A stretch of 40,407 nucleotides of DNA from Promethearchaeota archaeon. Lineage in GTDB: Archaea > Asgardarchaeota > Lokiarchaeia > Sigyniarchaeales > SOKP01. The position numbers and the translations under genes were made by a program. The number at the start of each line of letters is the position of its first letter. Position 1 is the stretch's first letter. Shown one piece after another: positions 1 to 9,847 of the stretch. The notes beneath the pieces were generated by a model. That model saw only the letters and a program-made list of their open reading frames with translations, was not told the DNA's origin and made no database searches. The stretch lies in assembly GCA_018238625.1 (NCBI GenBank), contig JABCSY010000029.1, positions 1 to 40,407 on the forward strand, in the 5' to 3' direction.

Positions 1-429
1 CGGTTATCTCGAGTATATGAAAAGATCTGGAACCAAAAACACGATTGGGCGCATAAAACGACCTTTAGGCTCGCTAACAAGTATGAAGCGGTGATCTTGG
101 AAGACCTTAACGTACAAGGAATGCAACAATTTAATAGTGGGCTTTCAAAATCCGTGTCATTAGACTTCTCTTGGCATCAATTCAAAACCTTATTAAAATA
201 TAAGCTTGAATGGCGAGGAAAGCATTATCAAGAGGTAGCCCGTTATTTTCCTTCAAGTAAACTATGTTCAGCTTGCGGGTACAAGAATACAGATTTAACC
301 TTAGCAGAGCGCGAATGGACCTGCTCTGAATGTGGCACAAACCATCAACGAGATATAAACGCTTCAAGGAATCTTAAGAGAGAAGGAATTCGCCTCTTAA
401 AAGAAAAAGGCATTACAATCATTACTTGA
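1..429 (+). CDS. tnpB: TnpB RNA-guided endonuclease (IS200/IS605 family), 5'-truncated by window edge
   Basis: Frame is open from base 1 (RLSRVYEKIWNQKHDWAHK...). RuvC-II ILEDL, Zn finger CSAC...CSEC and RuvC-III HQRDINASRNL are all present. Confidence 0.95.
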   Translation, partial: RLSRVYEKIWNQKHDWAHKTTFRLANKYEAVILEDLNVQGMQQFNSGLSKSVSLDFSWHQFKTLLKYKLEWRGKHYQEVARYFPSSKLCSACGYKNTDLTLAEREWTCSECGTNHQRDINASRNLKREGIRLLKEKGITIIT

Positions 430-540
430 CCTACCGTTGGAACAACGGGAAGTTACGCTTGTGGAGATCGTGTAAGACACCCTTTAGGTGCAGTGGTCGA
501 GGAAGCAAGAATCCAGCTCCTTTAGGTGCTGGTAGTTCAA
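1..540 (+). mobile_element. IS200/IS605-family element, right portion
   Basis: tnpB is followed by a subterminal hairpin CCAGC(513-517)/GCTGG(528-532) and a terminal TTCAA (536-540), typical of IS605-group right ends. Confidence 0.85.
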
Positions 541-560
541 AAGTAGGAGAAGTCAGTTAT
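430..560 (+). ncRNA. TnpB omegaRNA/reRNA scaffold plus putative guide (541 to ~560)
   Basis: Hairpins CCGTT-GGAAC-AACGG (434-448), CACC-CTTTA-GGTG (478-490) and the RE hairpin (513-532). Position follows established TnpB biology; the 5' boundary is uncertain and may lie inside tnpB. Confidence 0.7.
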
Positions 561-755
561 TCATACAAAGTGAATTCTGATACTACAAAATGAGAGAGTA
601 TATTTTTTAAGAGCATTGGTTTGTAATAATGCCATAAAATAAGTATTTTCAAGTCTTCCCGAGGCATCTATCATATAACACGATTCATAATAAAATACAT
701 CGGGAGTTTCAACAACTTCGTAAAATCTAAACGGTTTTCATAATTAATATGGATT

Positions 756-1517
756 TTATACACCCTCTTCTTCAGTAAACGGTTGTGGCCACCCTTGGTC
801 GTTCACCGCCGATTTTAAGCGGAAGTCGCACTTTTCTCCACCTTTAGCCAGCGTCATAGTCCTCATCAATACTTGCCCAGACGCTCTGGTTGTCACGAAG
901 TCAAGGAAACAGAAGTAGGGTAAGAATCTATCTGCACCATGAGCCTTATAGTACTTCTGCACGCCACACTCATGAAAATCGTAGCCATAATCGAAATCGC
1001 TCCCATCTCCTTCAATAAAATCCCATACCCAATCTTCAGAATAACGACGCTCCTGAGACTTCTTGGCTTCCTCTCTCTTCTTTCGAATGAACTCTGGAGG
1101 TGGTGACCCCGCAGGAGAAAAGGGGAGTTGCTTGATAATTTTAACGGTCGCTTCACAAATAATCTTACCCGTCTCTCGCGCAGTCTTTTCGTGCGCCTTC
1201 ATAACCTTGTAGAGTACCAGGCTCGGCGTTGAATTAATGAGATGGTAAGTCATTAGATTATCATCACCCCCGATGTAAGGGATTTTGGGAATCAGATCCT
1301 CAGTCTGCTCGTGAGCTTCCTTCAAAATAGTGTCAGTAAACCGCTCACCGTAGCGACTTACCATAAAAGACTTCCAATTCTGTGCGTGTTCGTTGAATTT
1401 CGCGAGGATCTTGGACTTTTGAGAAGTGTAATATTCACTTCCTTCCTTAAAAGTGTTTTCTCTGTTATTATTAGATTCATTTTCCAAATTTTGGTGATTT
1501 TTTCTTCTCTTTGACAT
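756..1517 (-). CDS. L-2-amino-thiazoline-4-carboxylic acid hydrolase (ATC hydrolase)-like protein
   Basis: C-terminal pattern DFHECG...LPYFCFLD...RTMTLAKGGEKCDFR with three conserved Cys. Confidence 0.8.
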   Translation of the reverse strand: MSKRRKNHQNLENESNNNRENTFKEGSEYYTSQKSKILAKFNEHAQNWKSFMVSRYGERFTDTILKEAHEQTEDLIPKIPYIGGDDNLMTYHLINSTPSLVLYKVMKAHEKTARETGKIICEATVKIIKQLPFSPAGSPPPEFIRKKREEAKKSQERRYSEDWVWDFIEGDGSDFDYGYDFHECGVQKYYKAHGADRFLPYFCFLDFVTTRASGQVLMRTMTLAKGGEKCDFRLKSAVNDQGWPQPFTEEEGV

Positions 1518-1535
1518 TTTTCTTTTCCTTCTTTT

Positions 1536-3449
1536 TCAAAATATTACTCCAAAATTAATTTCGTAAAAGAACAAGAGGAGGATTATTGAAAAGAAAGTTG
1601 GAATAATTAGACTGTATGTAAAAAGCCCTTGACTTACCTTGATAGTTTTCATTAAAGTATTCATAATCGTTTCGAAATATTTAGGATTACCCCAAATCTT
1701 GACACCCTCAACTATAGAATCGTAATAAAAAAATTCGACTTCTTCTAAACTTTTTTCAGCTTTATTGATTAAGGAATCAAGTTTCTCTAAAATCTTTTCT
1801 AGTTTAATTTTATCCCCGATTGGTGAATATCCTCTTCGAGTAAATTGTCTAGCAACTGTATGGGAGTCCGAAGTCGTTATTTCCCCCCTTTCTATCCCTC
1901 TATTTTGTAGCATATTTAAAATATAAGAGCGAATATCGACATAAGCGTTGTTCGCGTCAAAGTGGATAAATACCGTTTTTTGATCAGTGGTTACGTCTTT
2001 AAAAAGGTGGACTACTAACCCACCTGTCCCAATCCCATCCTTTTCAGAGAATTCGGCCATTTTATCTTTTGCGACGCCATATAGTACAATTAATTCGTTA
2101 GCGTTCTCTTTTATATTTTTTTTTTTAGAGCTTAGAAATTTCTCTGTTACAGAAATAAGATCTTTTGCTTCTAGAGATTGATTTTCTATTAAAACTTCGT
2201 CGCCAATTATAGAATTATGGGAATCAATTATAATTATCTCTCGATAACCTTTTGATTTTGCTATTTTCCTAATTTCATCACCTATTTGAGCTTGTATGTC
2301 ATCAGAAGGAAGGGGGTGTCTCGTTAAAAAGACAATAGCTATATTGTCCATATCAATGCCGATTAGTTTAGCTGAATTCGACATTTTTCTTGAGACATTT
2401 TTTATTTCGTTAATCCATTCGTTTTGGGAGTTCTCTTCAATGTTTTTAACATCTCTTTTTATTTGCTTTAAAACTTTTTCGAGTTCGCTTTGAGATGTTA
2501 AATTTTGCGTGTGATCGTTGGTTGTATGATAAACGGTTGTTCCTGGAACGTGTTTAAAAGCCTCGTAAATGAAAGCGGGTAAATCAGAAGAACCACATGT
2601 TTTAAAAGGGCCAAAATGAATATGGGGGATAATAAATAATCCTTTTAACTTTTTAGATTTCTTACCCCTAATTGCTAAATATTGAATCTTCACATCAGAA
2701 ACAATACCAATTTTATCGAAAAAACCTTCTAACAGATTATCGTTGCCTTCTGTCATCATAGAAAGCACGAAAGCTCTAATAAATGGATAACCGCCTATAC
2801 CTGTCGCTTGCCTATACACATTACTTACTTGAGACATGTTCCATGCATAGGGGATTGCGAAGAAAATTGCACATACTGTAAAAAACACGATAGCTCTAAT
2901 GAAAAATAAAAGTGGGAGATGAGACGCGAAAATTGAGAAAAAAGTAATTCCGACTACGGGTTGAATAAATGCCAGAATAAAATTACCATATTTTCCAACG
3001 GTCGTAAATGAAAAGTGTAAGACATAAGAAATAATATAAGCTAGAATTGTCCCAAGTATAAAAAATACTTCTTGAAATGTAACATTCCTAAGAAAAATTG
3101 TAATAATTTGACCAATTATTAAAGAAAGTCCAATTATACCCGTTATAAAAGCATTCATTTGAATCCCCCATCCTTTCGGAGGTGACGCTAAAATTGGAGC
3201 TCGCTTTGAATAATAAAAAATTGATAATGCGATCCCTGCACCCATTGTTATATAGAACGTGATTGTTACGTTAGAGAGATAAAAGAGATTCCAAATGTTT
3301 GTATAAAGCGAATTTATAATAAATGATAGAAATCCAATTATAGCAGGTAAACTAAAAAATAATATATACGCTGATTTTGCTGAAGTGAAATAATCTAAGT
3401 ATGATATGATCCCAGGGATATTACGAGTTGGTTGTTGTTGTGCGTACAT
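1536..3449 (-). CDS. DUF2070 family archaeal membrane protein
   Basis: N-terminal TM bundle, then HFGPF..GSS.LP, H...H, IDSHN, DANN and TSDSH motifs. Confidence 0.85.
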   Translation of the reverse strand: MYAQQQPTRNIPGIISYLDYFTSAKSAYILFFSLPAIIGFLSFIINSLYTNIWNLFYLSNVTITFYITMGAGIALSIFYYSKRAPILASPPKGWGIQMNAFITGIIGLSLIIGQIITIFLRNVTFQEVFFILGTILAYIISYVLHFSFTTVGKYGNFILAFIQPVVGITFFSIFASHLPLLFFIRAIVFFTVCAIFFAIPYAWNMSQVSNVYRQATGIGGYPFIRAFVLSMMTEGNDNLLEGFFDKIGIVSDVKIQYLAIRGKKSKKLKGLFIIPHIHFGPFKTCGSSDLPAFIYEAFKHVPGTTVYHTTNDHTQNLTSQSELEKVLKQIKRDVKNIEENSQNEWINEIKNVSRKMSNSAKLIGIDMDNIAIVFLTRHPLPSDDIQAQIGDEIRKIAKSKGYREIIIIDSHNSIIGDEVLIENQSLEAKDLISVTEKFLSSKKKNIKENANELIVLYGVAKDKMAEFSEKDGIGTGGLVVHLFKDVTTDQKTVFIHFDANNAYVDIRSYILNMLQNRGIERGEITTSDSHTVARQFTRRGYSPIGDKIKLEKILEKLDSLINKAEKSLEEVEFFYYDSIVEGVKIWGNPKYFETIMNTLMKTIKVSQGLFTYSLIIPTFFSIILLLFFYEINFGVIF

Positions 3450-3562
3450 TGACTTTAATTTTTATATTAATTTTTTTCTATTCCTACATGTAATTAAATG
3501 AATTATCCTATTAATTAACTTTTTTTAAAAAATTATAAATAATTAAAAAAATATTAAAAGTT

Positions 3563-4606
3563 ATGCCAGACGGTTATCCAAGAGTGGAAAATCTTTCAAA
3601 TAAACGGTTTAGTGAAGTAATATCTGATGGGCTTAGGCTCTTCGGCAAAAGCTGGGAGACTTTAATTGTACCACTTGGTTTATTTCTGCTAATTTCGCTA
3701 ATAATAAAGAATTTATTAGTAACTGATATGGTTTGGCAATCATTACTATTAACACCCGCCATTGAAGTGATCCTTGATATGGATCCTTCTACATTAACAG
3801 AGGAGCATCTTAATCTTATGATGGAATATTTAAGTTTGAGTTTAATTAGCGGGTTCATAAACAGTTTTGTCATAACTATTTTTAACGTACTAGCTATGTG
3901 CTTGGTTAGTAATTACCTCTATAACAAATTTATTGGGAACGAAACAAAGTTTTTCTCCGAGTTTAAAAAAGCAATAAATGGAAAATTAATATCCGCAATT
4001 CTTTTATTAGGTGTTGGAATTTCTGTAGGATCTTTGTTTCTCTTTATTCCGAGTATTATCATAATTGGGTTATTTTCTTTTTATGTTTTCACGTATAATT
4101 CTGATGATTCCAATCAGCCCCTAAAAGATGCGCGAGAAATAGCAAGAGGATCTTTTTGGAAAATAATCGGAGTTTTTGTAGTCAGTAGTCTAATTATATC
4201 GATTATTAGTTTATTATTTCAATTATTCATTGGCGATTTCTTTGTTCAATTCTACCAAACTTCGTGGTATAATCCTTCCACAAGAAACTATGTTATGATA
4301 ATTTTATACGATTTTTTATATTATATCGTTGAATTGATTTTTGCTCCGTTGTTTATATGTTTATTAACTTCTCTGTATGTATCTTTAAAGGCTAGAAAAG
4401 AAGTATTTGGACAATACCAAACTTCTTATGATCAGACCCCTCAGAGTTATGGAACGCCATATCGCGACGAATCAAGTTCAATTAAGAGCATGAATGCAGC
4501 TGATAAACTAGAATCTGGTTTATATTGCCCCTTCTGTGGGAAATTTGTGAAAGATAAAATTAAATTTTGCCCCCATTGTGGAGAACAGTTTAATTTCGAA
4601 ATTTAA
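3563..4606 (+). CDS. Multi-pass membrane protein with C-terminal double-CxxC zinc ribbon
   Basis: About 5-6 hydrophobic helices, a Y/Q-rich linker, then YCPFCG...FCPHCG. Confidence 0.8.
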   Translation: MPDGYPRVENLSNKRFSEVISDGLRLFGKSWETLIVPLGLFLLISLIIKNLLVTDMVWQSLLLTPAIEVILDMDPSTLTEEHLNLMMEYLSLSLISGFINSFVITIFNVLAMCLVSNYLYNKFIGNETKFFSEFKKAINGKLISAILLLGVGISVGSLFLFIPSIIIIGLFSFYVFTYNSDDSNQPLKDAREIARGSFWKIIGVFVVSSLIISIISLLFQLFIGDFFVQFYQTSWYNPSTRNYVMIILYDFLYYIVELIFAPLFICLLTSLYVSLKARKEVFGQYQTSYDQTPQSYGTPYRDESSSIKSMNAADKLESGLYCPFCGKFVKDKIKFCPHCGEQFNFEI

Positions 4607-4614
4607 GACATTTA

Positions 4615-5418
4615 ATGGTGATTTTTATGAATTTTAACGTTACTCGTAAATTTGAATTAAATACGGACGATCTTAATAACCCTATCGTATTAATAGGTTG
4701 GCCTGGGATCGCATTAGTGGCAAAGTTAGCGATTACATCTATAAAGGATTCCATTGGTGTAGAAGAATTTTTGGACATAGAATATTTTGATTTTCCCCCC
4801 AAATCTAACGTTGAAAAAGGGAAATTGGAAATCCCAAGCGCAAAAGTTTATTTTAAATCAAGAAAACAAGAAAAAGAACAAGATATCTTTATATTAACGG
4901 CCAATTATCAACCTCAAACCTCAGAAGGCGTCTTTGATTTTTCTCAGAAGTTTTGCGAAGAGATGGATAAATTAACAGACAGTAAAATTAAAATGTATGT
5001 CAGCACTGGTGCTATGGTCATTGATAGAGTGTTAGACACATCGCTTGTGCATGTTTGTGGAACGGATCAAGAAATTATTGATTCTTTTTTGAAATACGAA
5101 AATACTAAACTAATGGAAGGTGGTGTTATTGCTGGAGCAAATGGGATCTTACCTGCTTGGGCGGGAAACAAGGGCTATGCGCCTGGAGTGTGTTTGTTAG
5201 CAGAAACATTACCCTTACCTATGATGGCACTGGACCCACGCGCATCTAAAGCTTTGGTTACTATTTTAAAAGATTATTTCAACATAAATATGAATTTTGA
5301 TGAATTAAACAAACAAATTGAAGAAATGGAACACGTAATTGATTCGTATAAAAAGCAAGCAGAGCACTTTATGAAGGGAAATCGAGACGATCGTGGTTCA
5401 GATTCTTATTTTCGATAA
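4615..5418 (+). CDS. PAC2 family proteasome assembly chaperone (PbaA/PbaB-like)
   Basis: IGWPGIALVAKLA, FPP, QPQT, GVIAGANGIL, CLLAET and DPRASK motifs. True start may be the ATG at 4627. Confidence 0.88.
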   Translation: MVIFMNFNVTRKFELNTDDLNNPIVLIGWPGIALVAKLAITSIKDSIGVEEFLDIEYFDFPPKSNVEKGKLEIPSAKVYFKSRKQEKEQDIFILTANYQPQTSEGVFDFSQKFCEEMDKLTDSKIKMYVSTGAMVIDRVLDTSLVHVCGTDQEIIDSFLKYENTKLMEGGVIAGANGILPAWAGNKGYAPGVCLLAETLPLPMMALDPRASKALVTILKDYFNINMNFDELNKQIEEMEHVIDSYKKQAEHFMKGNRDDRGSDSYFR

Positions 5419-5510
5419 AATAATTTTCTTTTAAATTAATAATTTATATTGCTATCAATTTTATTAACTAATAAAAATATTAAATCTAACAATATTAATG
5501 TGAAATTTAT

Positions 5511-7520
5511 ATGAAATTCTTCAAATTGTTTGAACCATTGAAAATTAGCAATATAACCCTTTCAAATCGGATTGTGATGCCTGCAATGCATCTAGGCTTA
5601 GCTAACGACGGATTTATTACAAAGAAATTGACCAACTTTTATGTCGAAAGAGCAAAAGGAGGCGCAGGGTTATTAATTGTGGGTGGATGTTACGTAGATA
5701 TCTATGCAAAAGGATTACCGTCAATGATAGCGATGGACGACGATAAATACCTTCCAAAATTAATTGAATTCACTAAAGCAGTACATGACGCTCAAGAGGA
5801 CGTCAAGATCTGTTGTCAGTTATATCATGGTGGGGCTTACGCTTTTCCACAAATTATAGGTCGGCAACCTATTGCACCTTCGGCAGTTTACAGTAAATTT
5901 AGTAAAACCACACCTAAAGAAATGACGCTGGAAGATATTAAACGAGAACAACAAGCATTTGTAGATGCTACCATCCGTGCGAAAAAAGCGGGTTTTGACG
6001 CAGTTGAAATCTGTGCCAATGCCGGGTATTTGATGGATCAATTTATTTCTCCGAAGACTAATAAAAGAACTGATCAATACGGTGGCGCGCTTGAAAATCG
6101 TTTGAGGTTTCCAATCGAAACAATTAAACTGATGAGATCTAACGTGCCTGATTTTGTTATTGGATATAGAATTTCTGGAGATGATTTTGTACCTGGAAGT
6201 AATACTTATAAAGAAAAAGCAATTATTGCCGAAGAATTAGGAAAATATTTAGATTACTTTAATGTCACTGGGGGATGGCACGAAACAAAAACACCGCAAC
6301 TAACGATGGACGTTCCAGAAGGATGCTATACTTATCTTGCAGAAAATATTAAGAAACGCGTATCAATTCCGATCTTTTCTTCTAATAGGATCAATACTCC
6401 CGAATTAGCTGAACAAGTATTAATGGCGGGTAAAGCTGATGCTATATGCATTGGCCGGGGATTGATTGCCGATCCATTTCTTCCCGTGAAAGCAAAGAAA
6501 GGCGAATTAAGAGACATAATGAATTGTATTGGATGCAATCAAGGATGTTTCGATAATGTGTTTAGAATGATGCCAGTAACTTGTTTAAGGAATGCTCGCG
6601 CCGGAAATGAGGATAGAACTGAACTTAAACCATTAAAAGAAAAAAAGAAAGTGATGGTTATTGGGTCTGGTCCAGGGGGTCTAGAAGCCGCGAGAGTCGC
6701 TGCTATTAGAGGTCACGAAGTACATATCTTTGAAAAAGAAGACAAAATTGGAGGTTTATTAAATATAATCTGGGTACCGCCTGGAAGAAACGAGTTTAAA
6801 AGAATGATTGAAAATTATACTTACTGGATTCAAAAACATGGAATTCGAATGCATCTCAAACAAGATGTATCAATAGAAAAAGTAAAGGAATTTAATCCCG
6901 ATGTAGTTTTTATCGCAACTGGTTCGAAACCAACAAAACCTCCTATAAAAGGCATAGAAAAAAAAAATGTTTATTGGGCTAACGATGTTTTTAGTGGAGA
7001 TGCTCCAGTGGGAAAAAATAATGTAATTATTGGAGGCGGTGCCACCGGAATTGAATTAGCAATATTCTTAACTAAATATGGTGCTCTAAGTCGGGAAGCA
7101 TTTGATTTCCTTACTTTCTACAAAGCATTAGAGACAGATATAGCTTTAGAAATGCTCCATGAAGGAAGAAACCAAGTAACTGTTTTAGAAATGCTACCGA
7201 AACTAGGTTCCGCTTTAGGAAAAACCACTAAATGGGTACTACTTGATAAATGCGACGCTTTAGGCATAAAATTAATTACAGGTGCCAATATTCAAGAAAT
7301 TGGAGATGACTATGTAAATTATTTAGATGCTGCTGATAAAGAACAAGTAATTAATAACATTGATTACGTATACTACGCTACGGGTGTGGAATCAAATGAT
7401 TCTCTCTATAAAGAGGTTAAATCATTAAATATAAAGGTAGAAAAAATTGGAGATGCGAGAAAACCACAAACGGTTATGGAAGCCGTAGCTAGAGGTTATA
7501 AAATTGGAAATGCGATTTAA
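5511..7520 (+). CDS. fadH: NADH:flavin oxidoreductase, 2,4-dienoyl-CoA reductase (FadH)-like
   Basis: OYE TIM barrel ([25 protein letters not shown]), 4Fe-4S motif CIGCNQGC...C, and two Rossmann GxGxxG motifs. Confidence 0.85.
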   Translation: MKFFKLFEPLKISNITLSNRIVMPAMHLGLANDGFITKKLTNFYVERAKGGAGLLIVGGCYVDIYAKGLPSMIAMDDDKYLPKLIEFTKAVHDAQEDVKICCQLYHGGAYAFPQIIGRQPIAPSAVYSKFSKTTPKEMTLEDIKREQQAFVDATIRAKKAGFDAVEICANAGYLMDQFISPKTNKRTDQYGGALENRLRFPIETIKLMRSNVPDFVIGYRISGDDFVPGSNTYKEKAIIAEELGKYLDYFNVTGGWHETKTPQLTMDVPEGCYTYLAENIKKRVSIPIFSSNRINTPELAEQVLMAGKADAICIGRGLIADPFLPVKAKKGELRDIMNCIGCNQGCFDNVFRMMPVTCLRNARAGNEDRTELKPLKEKKKVMVIGSGPGGLEAARVAAIRGHEVHIFEKEDKIGGLLNIIWVPPGRNEFKRMIENYTYWIQKHGIRMHLKQDVSIEKVKEFNPDVVFIATGSKPTKPPIKGIEKKNVYWANDVFSGDAPVGKNNVIIGGGATGIELAIFLTKYGALSREAFDFLTFYKALETDIALEMLHEGRNQVTVLEMLPKLGSALGKTTKWVLLDKCDALGIKLITGANIQEIGDDYVNYLDAADKEQVINNIDYVYYATGVESNDSLYKEVKSLNIKVEKIGDARKPQTVMEAVARGYKIGNAI

Positions 7521-7578
7521 AATCTTTTAAAAAATTTAAGTTTCATTTTTAAATATTTATACAAAAAAAGAATTTGTA

Positions 7579-8568
7579 TTGATTAAAGTGAAAGATACTG
7601 ATTCCAGTGAAGCGGACGAGAAAATAGAGTATAAAATATCTAATAATTTAAGAGGAATTAATGAACAATCAAGAAATTACATTAGAGACATTGTAGTTTT
7701 AATCAATAGAGAAATTGGAATTAATAAAATTATATCCATTATTTTATTTGGAAGCCAACAAGCCGACAACGATAATACTATTGTTTCTGACTGTGATCTC
7801 CTCTTTATTTTTAAAAATCGAGTTTCAGACCATCATATTAAAGAAATTGAACGATACTTTATCGCGTTAGAAATAAAACATAATTTTAAAGAACCAACTT
7901 CAAAACTAACTAATAATGTATTAGGTGTTATACAACACTCAACGGGAATGTTTGTAAGCCACTTTCTTACTAAACAAAAATATTGGGAACAAGCGGTGTT
8001 TCATAAAATCTTCCGAGTAAACAAAGTTTTCTCTGCTGCGTTTGCCCCTCGAAATATTGTTTTGAGTAATGTTATCCAGAATAGCACTATTTTGTATGGC
8101 GATGATCTCAGAAATGTAATTAGACCTAAAATCAAAATTTCTGTTCGAGAGATGTTTAGGTCTACCGTAATGAACCTATTTATTTCCTTTTTTGCTTTAT
8201 TAATCGCACCGAAAAAAGAACTTAATTCAATAAAATACCAATTAGAGGCAATTAAATGGTCTTTAAAAGCTTCGAACTATTACTGTTTTGAAGACTCAGA
8301 GTTGTTAGATAAAATTATAGAACGATTTGTTTCGTTTGAAAAACCTAAAGCCAGACTAAAAGCTAGGCGCTTCTACAATAATTTTCTCGAATTAAGAAAC
8401 CAACCTTTTAATAGCTTTAAATTTATGCTGCAGTGTCCCTTTAGGATTTTAAAGATTCACATTAAAGCAATACTTTTTAGGAAGTTAACAAAAAAAAAGA
8501 TTTCAAAAACCAAATTTGAAGTAAAAGAATACTCTATATCGCCACGGGATTTTCCAATACGATATTAA
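7579..8568 (+). CDS. Pol-beta-superfamily nucleotidyltransferase domain protein with helical C-terminus
   Basis: IILFGS...SDCDLLFI motif. Confidence 0.7.
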   Translation: MIKVKDTDSSEADEKIEYKISNNLRGINEQSRNYIRDIVVLINREIGINKIISIILFGSQQADNDNTIVSDCDLLFIFKNRVSDHHIKEIERYFIALEIKHNFKEPTSKLTNNVLGVIQHSTGMFVSHFLTKQKYWEQAVFHKIFRVNKVFSAAFAPRNIVLSNVIQNSTILYGDDLRNVIRPKIKISVREMFRSTVMNLFISFFALLIAPKKELNSIKYQLEAIKWSLKASNYYCFEDSELLDKIIERFVSFEKPKARLKARRFYNNFLELRNQPFNSFKFMLQCPFRILKIHIKAILFRKLTKKKISKTKFEVKEYSISPRDFPIRY

Positions 8569-8674
8569 ATAAATACTAAACCTAAAAATTAAATTTTTTA
8601 ATGAATTATGTATATTAGTATTTAGAATCAAAAATAAAAAATAAAAATTTATTCACAACAAACACTGTATTAAA

Positions 8675-9232
8675 ATGGAAAAAGACGAAATAGATGTTAA
8701 GGAATTATTTCTTGATATTTTAGCCATAGTAAAGTTCGAGCTTCGCTTCTATAAGGATAAAGAAAGTCCTATGTTTACAAGAATAGTAAAAACTCGAGTA
8801 TTTCAACAAAAGCTTCAAAAATTAAAAGATTTTATCAATACTTATTTCGAGATTATGTACAAAGGCGATGAAAGCCCAATTAACAAAATCGCTTTACGTA
8901 CTCAACTGGACAATGTAGCGCGCATCACAAATTATTACAATGACCTATCTAGCTTCTATAAGGATCAAACACAAAACCTCATTACAAAAGAGAAACTTCT
9001 AAGTTTAATTGATTACAGCCATATCGAGAGTTTGTTCTTAGTGTTTACAAATATTCTAGACTGGGAACATTACAAAAGCAGTCTAATCTTCCCACACGAC
9101 AAGCGAAAAGAAAAACTGTTAAAAGAATTTCTTAATAAACTTGCCAGTTCTGACATTAAAGAAGTTGAGGACTTAATCGACCTAGAACAAACTATTGATT
9201 CTTTCGTAAAGAGCATAGAAGTGGAATTATAA
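8675..9232 (+). CDS. Hypothetical helical protein
   Basis: 185-aa ORF with host-like codon usage; no recognisable motif. Confidence 0.7.
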   Translation: MEKDEIDVKELFLDILAIVKFELRFYKDKESPMFTRIVKTRVFQQKLQKLKDFINTYFEIMYKGDESPINKIALRTQLDNVARITNYYNDLSSFYKDQTQNLITKEKLLSLIDYSHIESLFLVFTNILDWEHYKSSLIFPHDKRKEKLLKEFLNKLASSDIKEVEDLIDLEQTIDSFVKSIEVEL

Positions 9233-9420
9233 GCTTCTTAAAATTTATTGAAACTATTGTTAAATATGCTACTTCAATATATTCTTTTTTAATCTTTGAT
9301 ATAATGCAAAGAGTAATTTTTTTTATAATCTTATACATCATATTTCTAAAAAAATCAATTATTTTCGAATTTCTTTCTTCTCGTACGACAAAGAGTTAAA
9401 AATGTTTTTATATTCGAATT

Positions 9421-9492
9421 TTCATGTAATAGTAAATGTAATATGGATTGAATCGATGCGATTCAAGAGCGTAAGCTCAAGTATTACATGAA
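9421..9492 (+). ncRNA. Putative structured RNA element or 5' leader (three-way junction)
   Basis: An 11-bp closing stem (9421-9431/9482-9492) encloses an 8-bp hairpin (9448-9466) and GAGC-GTAA-GCTC (9467-9478, GNRA loop). Confidence 0.5.
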
Positions 9493-9522
9493 TTCTTATA
9501 TAGGTATAGGAATATAACAAAA

Positions 9523-9825
9523 ATGGATTGCGTAGCCAATATCTTAGATTTCTACAATAACAAATCTAAGGATGAGGAAATAGACCTATCTCAATTTAAT
9601 AAAGTTTGGCTAAGCAATCTCCTTATTAAAATCATGAATAATTTTAACAAAGGGCGAACAAACGATTTAGAACTGCAAAATTGTTTAATATTGCTCGTTA
9701 ATTTATTCTCTAACGATGATAGTCCTGATTTTTATAATAAAAAAGGAAAAAACGTTCGAGAGCTAATGGATAACGATAAATCCAATTATATAGATGTATT
9801 AAAATCAGAGTTTCTACCTAATTAG
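9523..9825 (+). CDS. Hypothetical protein
   Basis: 100-aa ORF with AGGA upstream of the ATG. Confidence 0.65.
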   Translation: MDCVANILDFYNNKSKDEEIDLSQFNKVWLSNLLIKIMNNFNKGRTNDLELQNCLILLVNLFSNDDSPDFYNKKGKNVRELMDNDKSNYIDVLKSEFLPN

Positions 9826-9847
9826 AGATAAGTAAGGTTCAATTAAT

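Noticed and set aside
560-740. Minus-strand open frame (KPFRFYEVVETPDVFYYESC...) next to the IS end
   Set aside because: Preceded by an in-frame stop and has no recognisable homology; possibly a gene remnant but unsupported.
7579-9232. Nucleotidyltransferase plus downstream helical ORF as an MNT-HEPN or CBASS-type defence pair
   Set aside because: No RxxxxH HEPN motif, CD-NTase signature or effector is recognisable; the genes are 106 nt apart.
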